DNA of 63,915 nt, filler included, from Bigelowiella natans CCMP2755 (GCA_000320545.1; 6 parts of 6 records of this genome joined end to end with filler, not necessarily neighbours in it); one strand, 5' to 3'; numbered from the whole stretch's first letter, positions 1 through 12,364 are shown. Program-made: numbers and translations. The notes: generated from the sequence alone by a model not told the origin.

Positions 1-324
1 GTGCTGACGTGACGTGGCATGATAACCCATTTAATCCCCAAACACAGATGGCTGCCGGGGGATATAGGCAATATCAACGGCAACTCGCGAACGTATGTGA
101 CAATCACGTGCCGCAAGAACGCCAACTACCACGCCTGCAATGCATTCGTGGGCAGTGTTCGTCTCCCGCGCTGATGTTTTTGACCGTGCTCTGATGTTTC
201 ATCGTAGAATGTTTTGCCAGCCGCGTATGAACGGCAGGTGGTGACGGAACGATGGTGCGACGATGATGATGATGACGATGGTGACGATGGTGACGATGGT
301 GTTGTTGTTCTGCATTGCTACCAG

Positions 325-641
325 CTGGAAGTGCCCTCTGGAAAGCGTGCACTGCGTCTTCAACCACAACAGCTTCCTGGCGAACATCCAGCCTGTGGAC
401 CTGGTATCTTACCTGCTCGAGTTGTGTAGTAGGAGAGGCGTTTTTGTAAGGCCTCGTCACATCTTCTGACACTGGTGTGTGTGTGTTTGTGTGTGTGCAC
501 GCGCGTTTTGTTTGTGCGGCAAAAAAGACGGATGCGGTGAATTGGAACTTCAATAATTTGCGAAAGTGGAAGGCCTTCAACCCACAGGCCATTGAGGTCA
601 TTGCCAACGCGAGCACAACGGCGGCACGGCAGCAACATATC

Positions 642-677
<36 letters not shown>

Positions 678-943
678 CATATATCGGCTGTTGATCTGCT
701 ACAGATAGACACATTAGACACCGTTTTTGATAATTTTTATGGCATTCCTTCCGAAGGATCCTCCGCATTGCGACCAGCATCGTCCTCATCGGCACTGTCG
801 TCGTATTGCGTCCATGTAATCAATGCGATGTCGATCTTACTAGGTTTTGCCAGAGATTAGCCGTGCCGTAGCACTCTTTCCGTACAGCGGGAATAGGGTT
901 GCTCAGGTAATATGCACACGATGATATTCATAAATGATGAAAT

Positions 944-980
<37 letters not shown>

Positions 981-996
981 TATTTGTGCGAGTGTG

Positions 997-1038
<42 letters not shown>

Positions 1039-1464
1039 TGTGTGTGTGTGTGTGTGTGTGTGATATATAAATGTTATATCTATTAACTCTTTTGCCTCTC
1101 TCTTTGCACGTGCACACAGGAGGCTATGCTAGAGTCCCGATTGAAGGTTTATCAAAAAATGCACCATGACAGCCATCATAAGACGAATCATCTTTAAAAT
1201 CGCCAATTGCACTGTGCTCAGCCCCCCCCCCCTCCTTCCTCTGATGGAGAAAGGGAGTGTGCTCTTGTGCAGATGGACACGCATTGTAAAGCCCTCCTTT
1301 TGTCAATTGATGCCCCCTCCCTCTTCTTCCCTACACCAGGCGCTCGTTGCTCAGTACCGGAAGGATGAGTGCGGGTAGCACGCATTTCACTAAAAACCCT
1401 GTCGTCATATCGTCGTCGTATTTGTCTGCTAGTAAATCCCCCCCCCCCCCCTCCTTCCCCATTT

Positions 1465-1511
<47 letters not shown>

Positions 1512-1513
1512 CA

Positions 1514-1544
<31 letters not shown>

Positions 1545-1679
1545 CCTAAGATAATATATAAATATATATATATATATATATGAACACGTACTTATATTTT
1601 GTTGTGATCAGCTTAACAACAGTCTGGAGCGAGGACCTTGCGTAGGATTATTACCAACCATATCCCATCTCACACATCC

Positions 1680-1717
<38 letters not shown>

Positions 1718-1759
1718 TCAAAACACACACACACACACAAACAAACACATATACACATA

Positions 1760-1808
<49 letters not shown>

Positions 1809-1957
1809 GTGTATGATTATTTCTGGTTTCCTCTTCTTCGTCTTCTTCTTGTTCTTCTTTTTGAAGCTATCGTCTTTGCCCTGCGCTATCATCCTACGAG
1901 TCGGAGAGGTACTAAACATGGATTGGATTATTATGCGAATATCACCGTGTGCTTCAC

Positions 1958-1993
<36 letters not shown>

Positions 1994-2412
1994 CACATGC
2001 TTGCATATGCTGATGTTCATATATAATGGCTCGATGTGGTCAATGTTCGTCGCTATCCCCGTTGTTGTCTTGTTGGTGGTGGTGGTGGCCGCTGCTGACG
2101 TGCGTGCTCGTATGATTTGTGAGTCATCGATCATGATGATGACGACGACGACGACGACGACGACGATGATGATGATGATGATGATAAATCAATTTTGTTT
2201 TTGGATCGTTTAGGCTGACCGGGAGAACACATGGGAATGCTGAGTTCCAACAGGCGGTAGGTGTTCAGAGAGAGAAGCCGTATTCGCCATGGCCAGTGCG
2301 AACATAGCTCAAAATCAACAAACAGCCTCGCACATTTGCGGCGCCTTGTACGGTTTTCTTATGGAGCATTAAGGCCTTCCTTTTTCCTGTGCGGATCTGT
2401 GTGTGTGTGTGC

Positions 2413-2454
<42 letters not shown>

Positions 2455-3374
2455 ATGTTTTCCTTGGCCTGGTGAAACGGCTTGATCACTGCTGTTTTTC
2501 TGTTTTTATCCGTGGGCGGAGTAGATTAAGAGACACATCCCTGTTGGCCACGTGTTTAAGGCTGTACCGTTCCTCTTCAACCATCGGTAGTAGTTGTTGT
2601 TGTTGTTGTAGTAGTAGTAGTAGTAGTATTGTCCTTGCCAGCCACTCACCAAAAGAGTTTTCTAAGGAGGAAAACACGCTTACAGAGAGAGGGGGGGGGG
2701 CGGGGGGATTATTACTTATATATTGTGATAGGTTTATATGGCATTCTTATGCGCACGATTGGCAGTTTGTTTTTGTGCGGTGTCGTGATGATCGCGACTA
2801 TCTAATTGCCTCTGCTGCGCCGCCCTCCACAGAGATGCAAGAAAGATGGCGGTTTCGCTATTTGGGGGCGTCCACAATAAGAGCGACAAAAAACACAGCA
2901 AGGTGCTTGCACGAGCGTGTGTAGTATTTTTAATCATTTTTCTTCTTATGTTTGGTGTTTACATTGGAAATTACGTAGAAATGTTGTCCTTCGCGTTCTC
3001 TCCTCTTTGCGCCCTCTTCTTCGAGCCGTTTCCCCCACAATCTCTTTTCCTTTCAACCGGTTGCATATTTTGCCTCCTTTTCCTGACGTTTCTTGGTCGG
3101 TTGCTTTCTCGCCGTCGGCATGCCTCTGCTTCGTTCTTCAGGCCAAAACTACCCCGAGTAGCAGCAAGCTCTCCCCCCCAGCAGGTGCGTGCTTAGAAAC
3201 GACATTCTGGCCTTATTTCGTTGAGTTTCTCTTCCAGCTGATTCCCTCCTCCCCCCCACCTCTTCTGATGATTGCCTACACAGCGATTGACTTGATCCGG
3301 TCGCGAGGCGATTCGATGCGATTTGCCGTAAGGGTGAGGATGCGAGTTTTGTCTAAGAAAACGCGTGCATATAA

Positions 3375-3436
<62 letters not shown>

Positions 3437-3552
3437 TATATTAATATATGTATATCAACTATACTTTATGGCAGGTGAGAGTGTTCCCCTACCCGGAAGA
3501 TGTGTGTGCGACCTGGGTAATCCTAGCGGTGAAATACAGGGATGTGACGTGA
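325..3552 (+). CDS. CEP76: Centrosomal protein CEP76, C-terminal exons (gene continues upstream of 325)
   Basis: Spliced exons read WKCPLESVHCVFNHNSFLANIQPVD / AVNWNFNNLRKWKAFNPQAIE / LVAQYRKDE / LTTVWSEDL / YRLCPALSSYESER / LTGRTHGNAEFQQA / IKRHIPVGHVFKAVPF / IDLIRSRGDSMRFAVR / VRVFPYPEDVCATWVILAVKYRDVT* (stop 3550-3552). These are collinear with the conserved CEP76 C-terminus as I recall it. Confidence 0.92.
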
Positions 3553-4276
3553 ATGATGGTTACGACAACATCAAGGAACTGTATGTGTGCGGATCGAACG
3601 TATGGCGTTCGCAGCGCAGGATTGGTGCATTTGAGGCTATATATGTGCGCTGTCAGCACACACGGGAGCCTAGCTAGCTAGTTCTCGTGCAAGATGTGTA
3701 AAATAAAGAGAATTACAGCCCTTAACAATCTGACCCGCCTAACTGTTGTTCTCATTAATGATGCCGCTTTGAACCATGCTACGTGCCATTGTCTAGCTAC
3801 CCTACACCGCTAGACCGCGAAATCACGCACAATGCATGGCGGATGCGCAGCTCTGCTTAATGTGTCACGGCATTGTATAATGACACACACACACACACTA
3901 CACTGCATAGATTGTAGTCTTGTGTGCGCTTTAGCCTTGCTGCGCGCTTGTAGTCACATAGATCATGTGGCGCAATACGTCACTGTACGTATACGTTGTC
4001 GCTGAGTGTGCGGTCCCTTTTCGTACACGTACGTAAAACAGTACAAACGTGTATGTACTAGTATTGCATGCATGCTTACATCATACGCTGCATGAGTCTT
4101 TTATTACTACCCCACGCATACATCGATTCAAAAAAGAAAGTATAGGTACCAAAAACGATACATGACATATCAGGCTGTGGACACGACGCACGTATTGCAT
4201 ACTGCGTACACGTCAATATGTAATTTTCCGTTATTTATTTCAATTTTGAGATGCACCTAGATTTGTGCACAGCTGA

Positions 4277-6802
4277 TCATCCACTCATTTCATACCCCAT
4301 TGCCTTCCACTGACTCGACGAACGTGGACATCTCCATTCCTCTTCAACGTCGCAGCAGTGGCCTGTGAGAGCTTCCTCCACAGTGTCCCTCATCACCAGC
4401 CGAATGACTTGGACGACTTGGTCCTGACCCTGTCTGTGGACGCGGCCGATTGCCTGAGTTTCCACCACTGCCCTCTCCTCCGGAGAACCGGCAGGTTGGT
4501 CGAGGAGAATCACATGTGTTGCGACGATCAAGTCCAAACCCGAGGCCGTGTTGTCTAGCGAGAGAAGCATTACACGGACGCACTCCGCGTCATCCTTGAA
4601 GCGCCTCACGGACTTGTTCCTCATTTTCACATTTCCTTTCAACGGAACGAACCGCAGCTCGATCTGCTCGAGGGCGAGAGACACACAAGCGAACTGCCTC
4701 GGGTACTGGGTGAAGGTGATGACCCTTGCCTGGGGATCTCGCAACACCTGCTGCAGAACATCGAGGAGGCAGCAGATCTTCGAGCCAAAGTGCTTCCAAC
4801 GCCAATGCGGCCGGGTCGGTTCTAACTGCTCGAAACGACGGCAGATGCTCCGCTCAGCCTGTAAGCGCTTGCGCGCCTTCACGTGTGCGAAGGATTCTTC
4901 ATGCTCCGAGAGCGGCTTACGCGCATCCGTGATTTCCCTTTGCAGCGTTGAGCATCGAAGTTTTAGACCGTTTTTCCTGTGGAGATGACCCTTCAGTTTT
5001 TGAAGCGCGTCGCTCCTCTCTGCGAAGGTGCGTCCAGAGGTGGATTTCTTGCGCTGCTCTGAGATCTTCTTTTCTATCGCGGCGAGTTCTTGCTTCGCCA
5101 CTTTGAGTTTGCGCCGTAGCTTTTTCGACAGTCTCCGGATTGTTTCCACGAGGTTCCACTTCACACGGTACAGGTCCCCACGCCGCCTTGAGTGCAGAGC
5201 TTTGTCCAAGACTGCAGCGTTGTTGATTCGCGGGAGGATTTCGTCCCCAATGTAGTTATTCACAAAAGGATGTGCGCAGAGGCGTAGCAGCTGGCTACGG
5301 CAGTTATCATAGGCGCCGCCCCTTGCAATGCTTTCACAGTGTCTGTAAATCCAGGCCTCGATTGGGTGCATGGTAACAAAAATGACCTTCTCTCGCCTCG
5401 GCGGAAGGCTCCAGGCCGTGTCTTTCAGCGTGAATCTACAATAAAAGCTCCTCATTATGGACCCCTCTAGATAGCGTCCCAAAGGCGAATGCAGCACGCT
5501 ATTTGGGAGAATTCGTGTAGCGGATGCTGCCTGCTTCTCTTCCCAAAGGTGGATGCGGTGATCGCTCATCTCGTTCTTGAAGATTTCGGACTTGAAGAGA
5601 TACCGCATGGCCCCTCGGGGAGCGAAGAAGTTATCGGGGAACGGAGTTGCGCTCAGAACCAGCCTGAAAGCAGAGCGTATTTCGAGCAGGTTGCAAAAGG
5701 AATACGCGCGACGCTCTGCTATAGACTTCAAGGAGAACATCTCATGGAACTCATCTACCACGACCCGTTTCCAAAAAAATGCGCCCAGGGGCGGCGTCCT
5801 GTTCTTCTTCAGACCTTGGAGCATTCTGCTATTAACGCACTGAAAAGCCATGGGATCTCTCATAATTTCCAACGCGAGACTATCGAGACCGTCCAGCCTG
5901 GAGCTTCTCTCGCTCTGAAGAAGCTGCACCGAGGCAACGACAACGTCGCAGGTCGGAAACTTCATAAAGTGCCGCTGGAGATCTCGCCGGGATGTCACGC
6001 ATAGCGCCCGGAGCTTCGCAAACGTAGCCGGCCGCATGTGGAGCTCAAACTGGGCTCTCCACTGCTCCACCACGTGCGACGGGCACACGATCAAAGTCGC
6101 AGTCGTCTTTATTCTTCTAGAGGATGGATGGATTTTGAACGATCTAACCTTCGGCACTCCTCTGCCAAGGCTGCGGCCCTCCAGACGCACTATATGAGAC
6201 TCCCCTGAGGGGCAGCGACTGATGCCGCTCACGCGCATCTCACGAAAGCTGTGGATTTGAGAGTCGAGGAGTATGTGTCCGATTGCAGTGAGAGACTTAC
6301 CCAGGCCAACATCGTTCGCCACTAAACAACCATGAGGCTTGAAGGCCCAGGGCTGAATCTCATCATCGAGCAAAAACCGCTCATTTGGCCAATCAACTGC
6401 CAAAGGCGAGTTTCGGAAGATGGGAGGCTTGAACACCGTCGCTGGGATTTTATATTCGCATTCGCTTGTTACAAGCCGCTCCATGCGCCGAATGAACAGT
6501 ATCGTTTCTTGCTGGTACCCGTGCAGCTTCGTCCGGAAGATTTCATCCAAAGCGCTGCCGTCCAACGTTTCCCTGCCCCCCCGCCCACTTGGTTTTACGC
6601 TACGTAAGTACTTCCTCGCAAGGGGCTCTTTGATACTTGGCGAGGATGCCTGGTGAAGAAGATGATAAATGGTGACGAGGGGTGGCGGTGAATGATAGTC
6701 ATCAGCCCATGCTGCTGCTGCTTGAAAGCGCTGCTTTTGGATGCAGGCGGGGAAGAAGGGAAGGGGGGGGGGTTTTACAATGATTACTTGTACAAAATTC
6801 AA
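4277..6802 (-). CDS. SNF2-family ATPase/helicase, RAD5/RAD16-like; large terminal exon, with probable upstream exons at about 6884-7380
   Basis: Motifs: GCLVANDVGLGKS (I), TLIVCPSHVVEQW (Ia), WKRVVVDEFH (II), LSATP (III), GSKI..L, VMLLSLDNTASGLDL (V), ETQAIGRVHRQGQ (VI). The ORF start is probably intronic. Confidence 0.9.
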   Translation of the reverse strand: MNFVQVIIVKPPPLPFFPACIQKQRFQAAAAWADDYHSPPPLVTIYHLLHQASSPSIKEPLARKYLRSVKPSGRGGRETLDGSALDEIFRTKLHGYQQETILFIRRMERLVTSECEYKIPATVFKPPIFRNSPLAVDWPNERFLLDDEIQPWAFKPHGCLVANDVGLGKSLTAIGHILLDSQIHSFREMRVSGISRCPSGESHIVRLEGRSLGRGVPKVRSFKIHPSSRRIKTTATLIVCPSHVVEQWRAQFELHMRPATFAKLRALCVTSRRDLQRHFMKFPTCDVVVASVQLLQSERSSRLDGLDSLALEIMRDPMAFQCVNSRMLQGLKKNRTPPLGAFFWKRVVVDEFHEMFSLKSIAERRAYSFCNLLEIRSAFRLVLSATPFPDNFFAPRGAMRYLFKSEIFKNEMSDHRIHLWEEKQAASATRILPNSVLHSPLGRYLEGSIMRSFYCRFTLKDTAWSLPPRREKVIFVTMHPIEAWIYRHCESIARGGAYDNCRSQLLRLCAHPFVNNYIGDEILPRINNAAVLDKALHSRRRGDLYRVKWNLVETIRRLSKKLRRKLKVAKQELAAIEKKISEQRKKSTSGRTFAERSDALQKLKGHLHRKNGLKLRCSTLQREITDARKPLSEHEESFAHVKARKRLQAERSICRRFEQLEPTRPHWRWKHFGSKICCLLDVLQQVLRDPQARVITFTQYPRQFACVSLALEQIELRFVPLKGNVKMRNKSVRRFKDDAECVRVMLLSLDNTASGLDLIVATHVILLDQPAGSPEERAVVETQAIGRVHRQGQDQVVQVIRLVMRDTVEEALTGHCCDVEEEWRCPRSSSQWKAMGYEMSG

Positions 6803-7795
6803 TAGAGCTCTATTCTCCTTCGTTGTGAGCGTCCTCCTGATGTGTGTTATTTTTGCGCATTCGTTCAGACCCCCAAACTAATCTCACACAGGCTCGTCCA
6901 ATGAGAGTCTCATTTGATACCTATGGTTGACCAGATGTCTCTCCACGATGTGCAACGACATCCTAGATCGCCCGAAGTATGGAGCGGAAGGAACATAATC
7001 AAGGATTATGCTCGCGACGCTTCCGCTGAGTCCAGAGGCGCAGCATATTCTGTCTGCAGCAACATCAACAAGAGGCATGACTCCCACCTTCATCACCTGT
7101 TTATCGAGGACACCTGAAACGTCACGCATTCACTCAGTCCCCGTTACATTAACGTTTTAAGATGACACGAAATGCAACCTTCGAGGCCCCCGTCATATAT
7201 GCTTTTCGGTATGTAGGCGTTGTTAACCAGGTGGCGAACTGTGCGTATATCGCTGCTCACTTCAAAGCTTGCTAATTCGATGAGGCGGTCCCCCGTCTGG
7301 TTGGAACTCGAGGATTCCTCTTTCATAGGTAGTTTTCTCCTTTTCCCTACTCTTCGTCTTTTAGAGCATGTTTGTGACAACCCGCACAGTGGCGTTTCCC
7401 GGTCTCCTTTCCCCGGTGCCTCGAGGGCGCTAATAATTGGAGCACAAAAACGTGAAGCTTCCTGTAGCCTCCTCCCAGGGAGGGATGAATTTTCTGATAA
7501 CCATCGCTCACCGTTTCTGCATCGTCATGCCTTTTCTAGCTGAAAGAAACCAGGGGCGCGCCCCAACCGAGCATCGTCCTCTTCACGTGCCGGCTTCCCT
7601 CTTCAGGACGACAAGGAACGGCCTGCATTTCCGAGGCTCTCCGGAGAACCTCGAGGTGCACACCTTCGGACACTCCGGACATTTAGGTAATCCCCTGAAT
7701 TTGTTATTGCGCGACAACATTTTTTACATTGTCGCACTAGGGTGGGGGAAAACTCGGACCAGCATACACCCGACCACCTTTGCTCGGATGCTCTG

Positions 7796-10700
7796 ATGGG
7801 AGGAGCTCTGATGGGAGGAAGCAACATATCCAAAGCAGCCGAATATGGAGATTGGCCCAGGGTACAGCGGATGTTGGACAGGCGTGCAGACGTCAATCAA
7901 GCTGAAACAGGTGTTGCACTTGCGCGCGTGTGGGGGTTTGTTTCCATTCTCACAGACGGTGTCATCGTTGAAGTTGCAGCATCACGATCTCCGAGAGTGA
8001 GCTAGTGAGATGGGGATAGCAATTGCTGTTGTTTCCAGCGAGGGAAATGCTATTCTGTTAGAATGGAAGGAATCGGGATGCATCATTTCTTCATTTTTGT
8101 TGCAGGATCAGAAAAAAAATTCTCGATTGACATTTTCTCAATTCCATCTGTGCCCGCAAATTCTCTGATTGTTCCATTTTTTTTTCCGCGTTGTTGTTGG
8201 AATCTGTGTTACCAAAGGTCGTAGTCCGTTGCATTATGCATGTCGAGAGCGTCGCTTGGACATGGTGGAGATGCTTTTGGAGAAGAAGGCCAACATCAAT
8301 GCCGCCGATAAGCACGGTATAGTGTCATGTTGTGAATTGTGAGCAGAGCTCTTGGTGATTGGTTGTTATGGTCCATGTTGTTGCTGTAGATGTTGTAGCA
8401 TTTTGGGATTATTTCTTTGATACTATTGATTTAGAGAAAGAGCAAGATAGAGTGAGAGAAAGGAAAATAATGAGTGAAACAGACGGAAAAAGAAAAACAG
8501 AGAGAGGAGGAGAGCGGTGATTGGTGTAGTTTGACAGCGTAGGAGCTGTGGCGGGGGATGTTTCGGGAGAGATAGGATTGTCTTGTTCATTTCATTGTTT
8601 TTCATTGATTTTGTTGATTGTTCTCAGTTTCGGCTGCATGCGTATACGTTTTGATTGTTCACTTTTTTGTTTGCGTTATTATTGTAACCTGTGTGTGTGG
8701 GAATGTTGGACTTCACATGATACTAAAGGTTGTACTCCGTTGTTCTCGGTGTGTAAACATGTTTATGGCCCTCACGACCAATCGGAGGTGCTGTTGAGAA
8801 GAATAATGTGGTGAATTGTGAGCAAAGCTGTTGGTGCTTAATTGTTAAGGTCCATGTTATTGTTGTAGCACATGAAATTAGTGAATACGCTAATAAAGGG
8901 CAAGGCCGACATCGAGGCCACCGATCCATATGGTATCCTGTCATGTTGTGAATTGTGAACAGAGCTGTTGGTGCTTGGTTGTCATTGTCTGTGCTGTCGC
9001 TGTATTTGTTGTAGCATCATGCGATCATTTCTGTTGGACTGCATACAATACCAAAGGTTGGACTCCGTTGACCTTATCGATTGACAAAGGTACCACCTTA
9101 GTGGTGGGTTTGCTATTGGAGAAGAAGGCCAACATCAATGCCGCCGATAAGCACGGTATCGTGTCATGATTGAATTGTGAGTAGAGCTTTTGGTGATTGG
9201 TTGTTATGGTCTATGTTGTCGCTGTAGATGTTGTAGCATTTTGAGATTATTTCTCTTTTGTCACTAATGAATCATAGAAAGAGCAAGGCAGAGTGAGAGA
9301 AAGAAAAATAATGAGTGAAAGAGACGGAAAAGAAAAACAGAGAGAGGAGGAGAGCGGTGATTGGTGTAGTTTGATAGCGTAGGAGCTGTGGCGGGGGATG
9401 TTCGGGAGAGATACGATTGTCTTGTTCATTTCATTGTTTTTCATTGATTTTGTTGATTGTTCTCAGTTTCGGCTGCATGCGTATACGTTTTGATTGTTCA
9501 CTTTTTTGTTTGCGTTATTATTGTGACCTGTGTGTGGGAATGTTGGAACTAAAGGTATGACTGCATTGACGCATGCGTGTGAGTCTTGGGATAAACCAAT
9601 AGATAGGGCGTGGGCGTCTTCGGAGACCCGCCCTAATTTTGTGCGGTTGCTATTGGAGAAGAAGGCCAACACCGAGGCCGCCGCTGACGAGGGTATCATG
9701 GCATGTCATGAATTATGAGCAGAAGTAGTGGTGACCGGCTATACCCATATATGCTCTGATTGTTCATTTTTTTGGTTTGCGTTACCATTGGAACCTGGTG
9801 TGGGAATGTTGGACTGTGAATGTACCACAGGTAGGACTCCGTTGCACTATCTTTGTCGAGGCGGTCACTTGGACGGGGTGAAGATGCTTTTGGAGAAGAA
9901 GGCCTACATCAATGCCGCCGATATCTACGGTATAGTGTCATGTTGTGAATTGTGAGCAGAGCTCTTGGTGATTGGTTGTCATGGTCTATGTTGTCGCTGA
10001 AGTTGTATAGAACTGTCATGTTCATTTCATTGTTTTTTATTGTTTTTGCTGATTGTTCTCAGTTTCGGCTGCACGCGTACACGTTTTGACCGTTCAATTT
10101 TTTTGTTTGCGTTATTATTGGAATCTGTGTGTGGGAATGTGGAACTGCACATTTACTAAAGGTCAAACTTCGTTGCACTTGGCGTGTCGAGAGGGTCGCT
10201 TGGACATGGTGGAGATACTTTTGGAGAAGAAGGCCAACATCAATGCCTTCGATAAGCCTGGTATCGTATCATATTATGAATTGTGAGCAGAGCCTTTGGT
10301 GATTAGTTGTCATGGTCTATGTTGTCTCTGTAGTTGTTGTAGCATTTTGCGATTATTTCTGTTTTGTTACTGTAGAAAACAAGGAGAGAAAGAGATGGAA
10401 AAAGAAGAACAGAGATAGGACGAGAGGGGTGATTGGTGTAGTGGTAGCATAGGGGCTGTGGCGGGGGGTGTAACGGGGGAGTTAGGATTGTCTTGTTCGT
10501 TTCATTGTTTTTCATTGGTTTTGTTGATTTGTTCTCAGTTTCGGCTACACACGTAACGTTTTGATTGTTCATTTTTTTGTTTGCGTTATTGTTGCAACCT
10601 TTGTGTGTGGGAATGTGGAATTGAACATGTACCAAAGGTGACACTCCGTTGCACCCGGCGTGTCGAGAAGGCCGCTTGGATGTTGTGGAGATGCTTTTGG

Positions 10701-11110
10701 AGAAGAAGGCCAACGCCAATGCTCCCGGTGGCTATGGTATCGTTTCATGTTATGAATGTGGCTATGCTGATGTGTGACTTTGTAGAGATCCATTGGGTTC
10801 ATTGCTGTTGTTGTTTTTTTGATATCGTGTCTCAACTGTTATCATCGTGCTTCTTAAAACTTTTCCAGGGAGGACTCCGCTGGATTGGGCGAAACGCAGA
10901 CGCCACACAAAAATCGTTGAAATTTTGGAAGGTGATGAAATTCGAAAAATCCGAAATTTCAGCACCAGCAGCAGCAATCCACAGCAGCATCAGCAGCATC
11001 ATCAACAGAGAGAAAGAAAATGGGTTGGGGAAGAAAGAACAATTAGCTTGATATTTCAAGTGCAGCCGCGTTTGTTTCTTTTTCTTTCTTCTACGTCAGC
11101 CATCGCTTAA
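7796..11110 (+). CDS. Ankyrin-repeat protein, one repeat per exon
   Basis: Exons 7796-7910, 8218-8316, 8729-8787+8869-8932, 9057-9155, 9555-9692, 9831-9929, 10162-10260, 10638-10736, 10869-(11110). All are GT..AG bounded and splice in frame; each encodes GxTPLH...LLEKKAxINAxD. The 3' end is uncertain. Confidence 0.9.
8150..10760 (+). repeat. Tandemly duplicated intron+exon units of the ankyrin gene
   Basis: Intron blocks such as GTATxGTGTCATGTTGTGAATTGTGAGCAGAGC and TTTTGATTGTTCAxTTTTTTGTTTGCGTTATT...GTGTGGGAATGT recur in most introns. Introns 8317-8728 and 9156-9554 are near-identical. Confidence 0.9.
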
Positions 11111-12305
11111 TTTCTGTCATTTTCTTTTCTCCCCTTTTTTTCCAATGGACACTTTCCTCTGTTACCATCACTCGTTTCTAATGTTTTGTTCTGCTACTCA
11201 TCCTTTATTCCAAACCCCATGGCACTTGTTTACAAATGATCATGTTGTCAAATCATCAAAGGGTACAAACCCTCATTGAAGTCAGAACCAGTCCACACAC
11301 TCGCGCGACAGGTTTCTCAAATAGTAGTTGTGGTAGCTTGTAGATGAAAGTCGGAGCATGCACGGTGAGGAGTAACAAAGTAGCGTTCTCCATCGCCTCC
11401 CTGCCCCACCCTTTGAACGGAGGGGGAGACCAATCGCCTTTCGATTGACATGGCTTTGTGTGGAAGAAACTGGTCTAGAGGATGTGTTGTGGGGCAAAAT
11501 TTACATTTGGCCTGAGAGATGCTATGGGATGGAGTCACACCTGCATGCAATTTGAAACATGATTTTTTGTGTTTCTTCGAAAAAGGGAGGAAGCCCCCGG
11601 CAAACCAAAAAACCAGAAAATCCCGAAGTGCAAACCCAAAAATCAGAAAATCTCGATGTGGAAGTCATCAATCCAGATTGACATTCTGGACATTAGGGGC
11701 AGAAAACTCAAATCACCACCTCGACAACACTCGCTTTCATGCATCATCAGCGAAAGAACACTTCAAAAGTGCACAATGTCATGGGACCGGCCAATTCTGG
11801 AATTGACACGTGGGTGCACACGCACACATTTCATCTGCATGGCTTGATGCATTGTGGACATGCAACACCATGTGCATGCCATGGGGATGCTCATCATGGA
11901 CATGCAATGCCACACATGTGCTGCATGTGATGTCACTGTGTCCATCATGTGCGGATCACTTGGTGAGACCTGTGCATGCTAGCATGGCCAACTCATGGAG
12001 AACGTGCACGTGCAATGTCTGTTTTGCACGTGCAAAATGCACGTGTCGTCTATTGGATTCACGCGTGCATGCACGCATGTCAGTGCTGATGTTTTCAATT
12101 GCATGCGCAAGTTTGCTGAAGTTTGGTAATGTGAAAATGAATGAAATGGTCATGCCGCCAGGCAGTTGAGGCTCAGGTTCTGTTGGCCACCGTGTGTTGT
12201 TGGCCGACCACACCACACTTGCATGGAAATTCATGCACACGTGTGCAAGCGGTGGCATGAGCACGTCCACATCCACGTGAAAATGCGCATGGAAAAACAA
12301 TCAGA

Positions 12306-12352
<47 letters not shown>

Positions 12353-12364
12353 GGAGAGAAACAC

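Noticed and set aside
104-3432. ORFs containing YIYI, CVCV, THTH, ERER and SLSL runs (throughout the window)
   Set aside because: Translations of intronic dinucleotide microsatellites.
8150-10760. Regularly spaced repeats with variable intervening sequence (CRISPR-like or DGR-like)
   Set aside because: Units are hundreds of bp long, have GT/AG ends and encode ankyrin repeats. No cas gene or reverse transcriptase is present and variation is not adenine-restricted.
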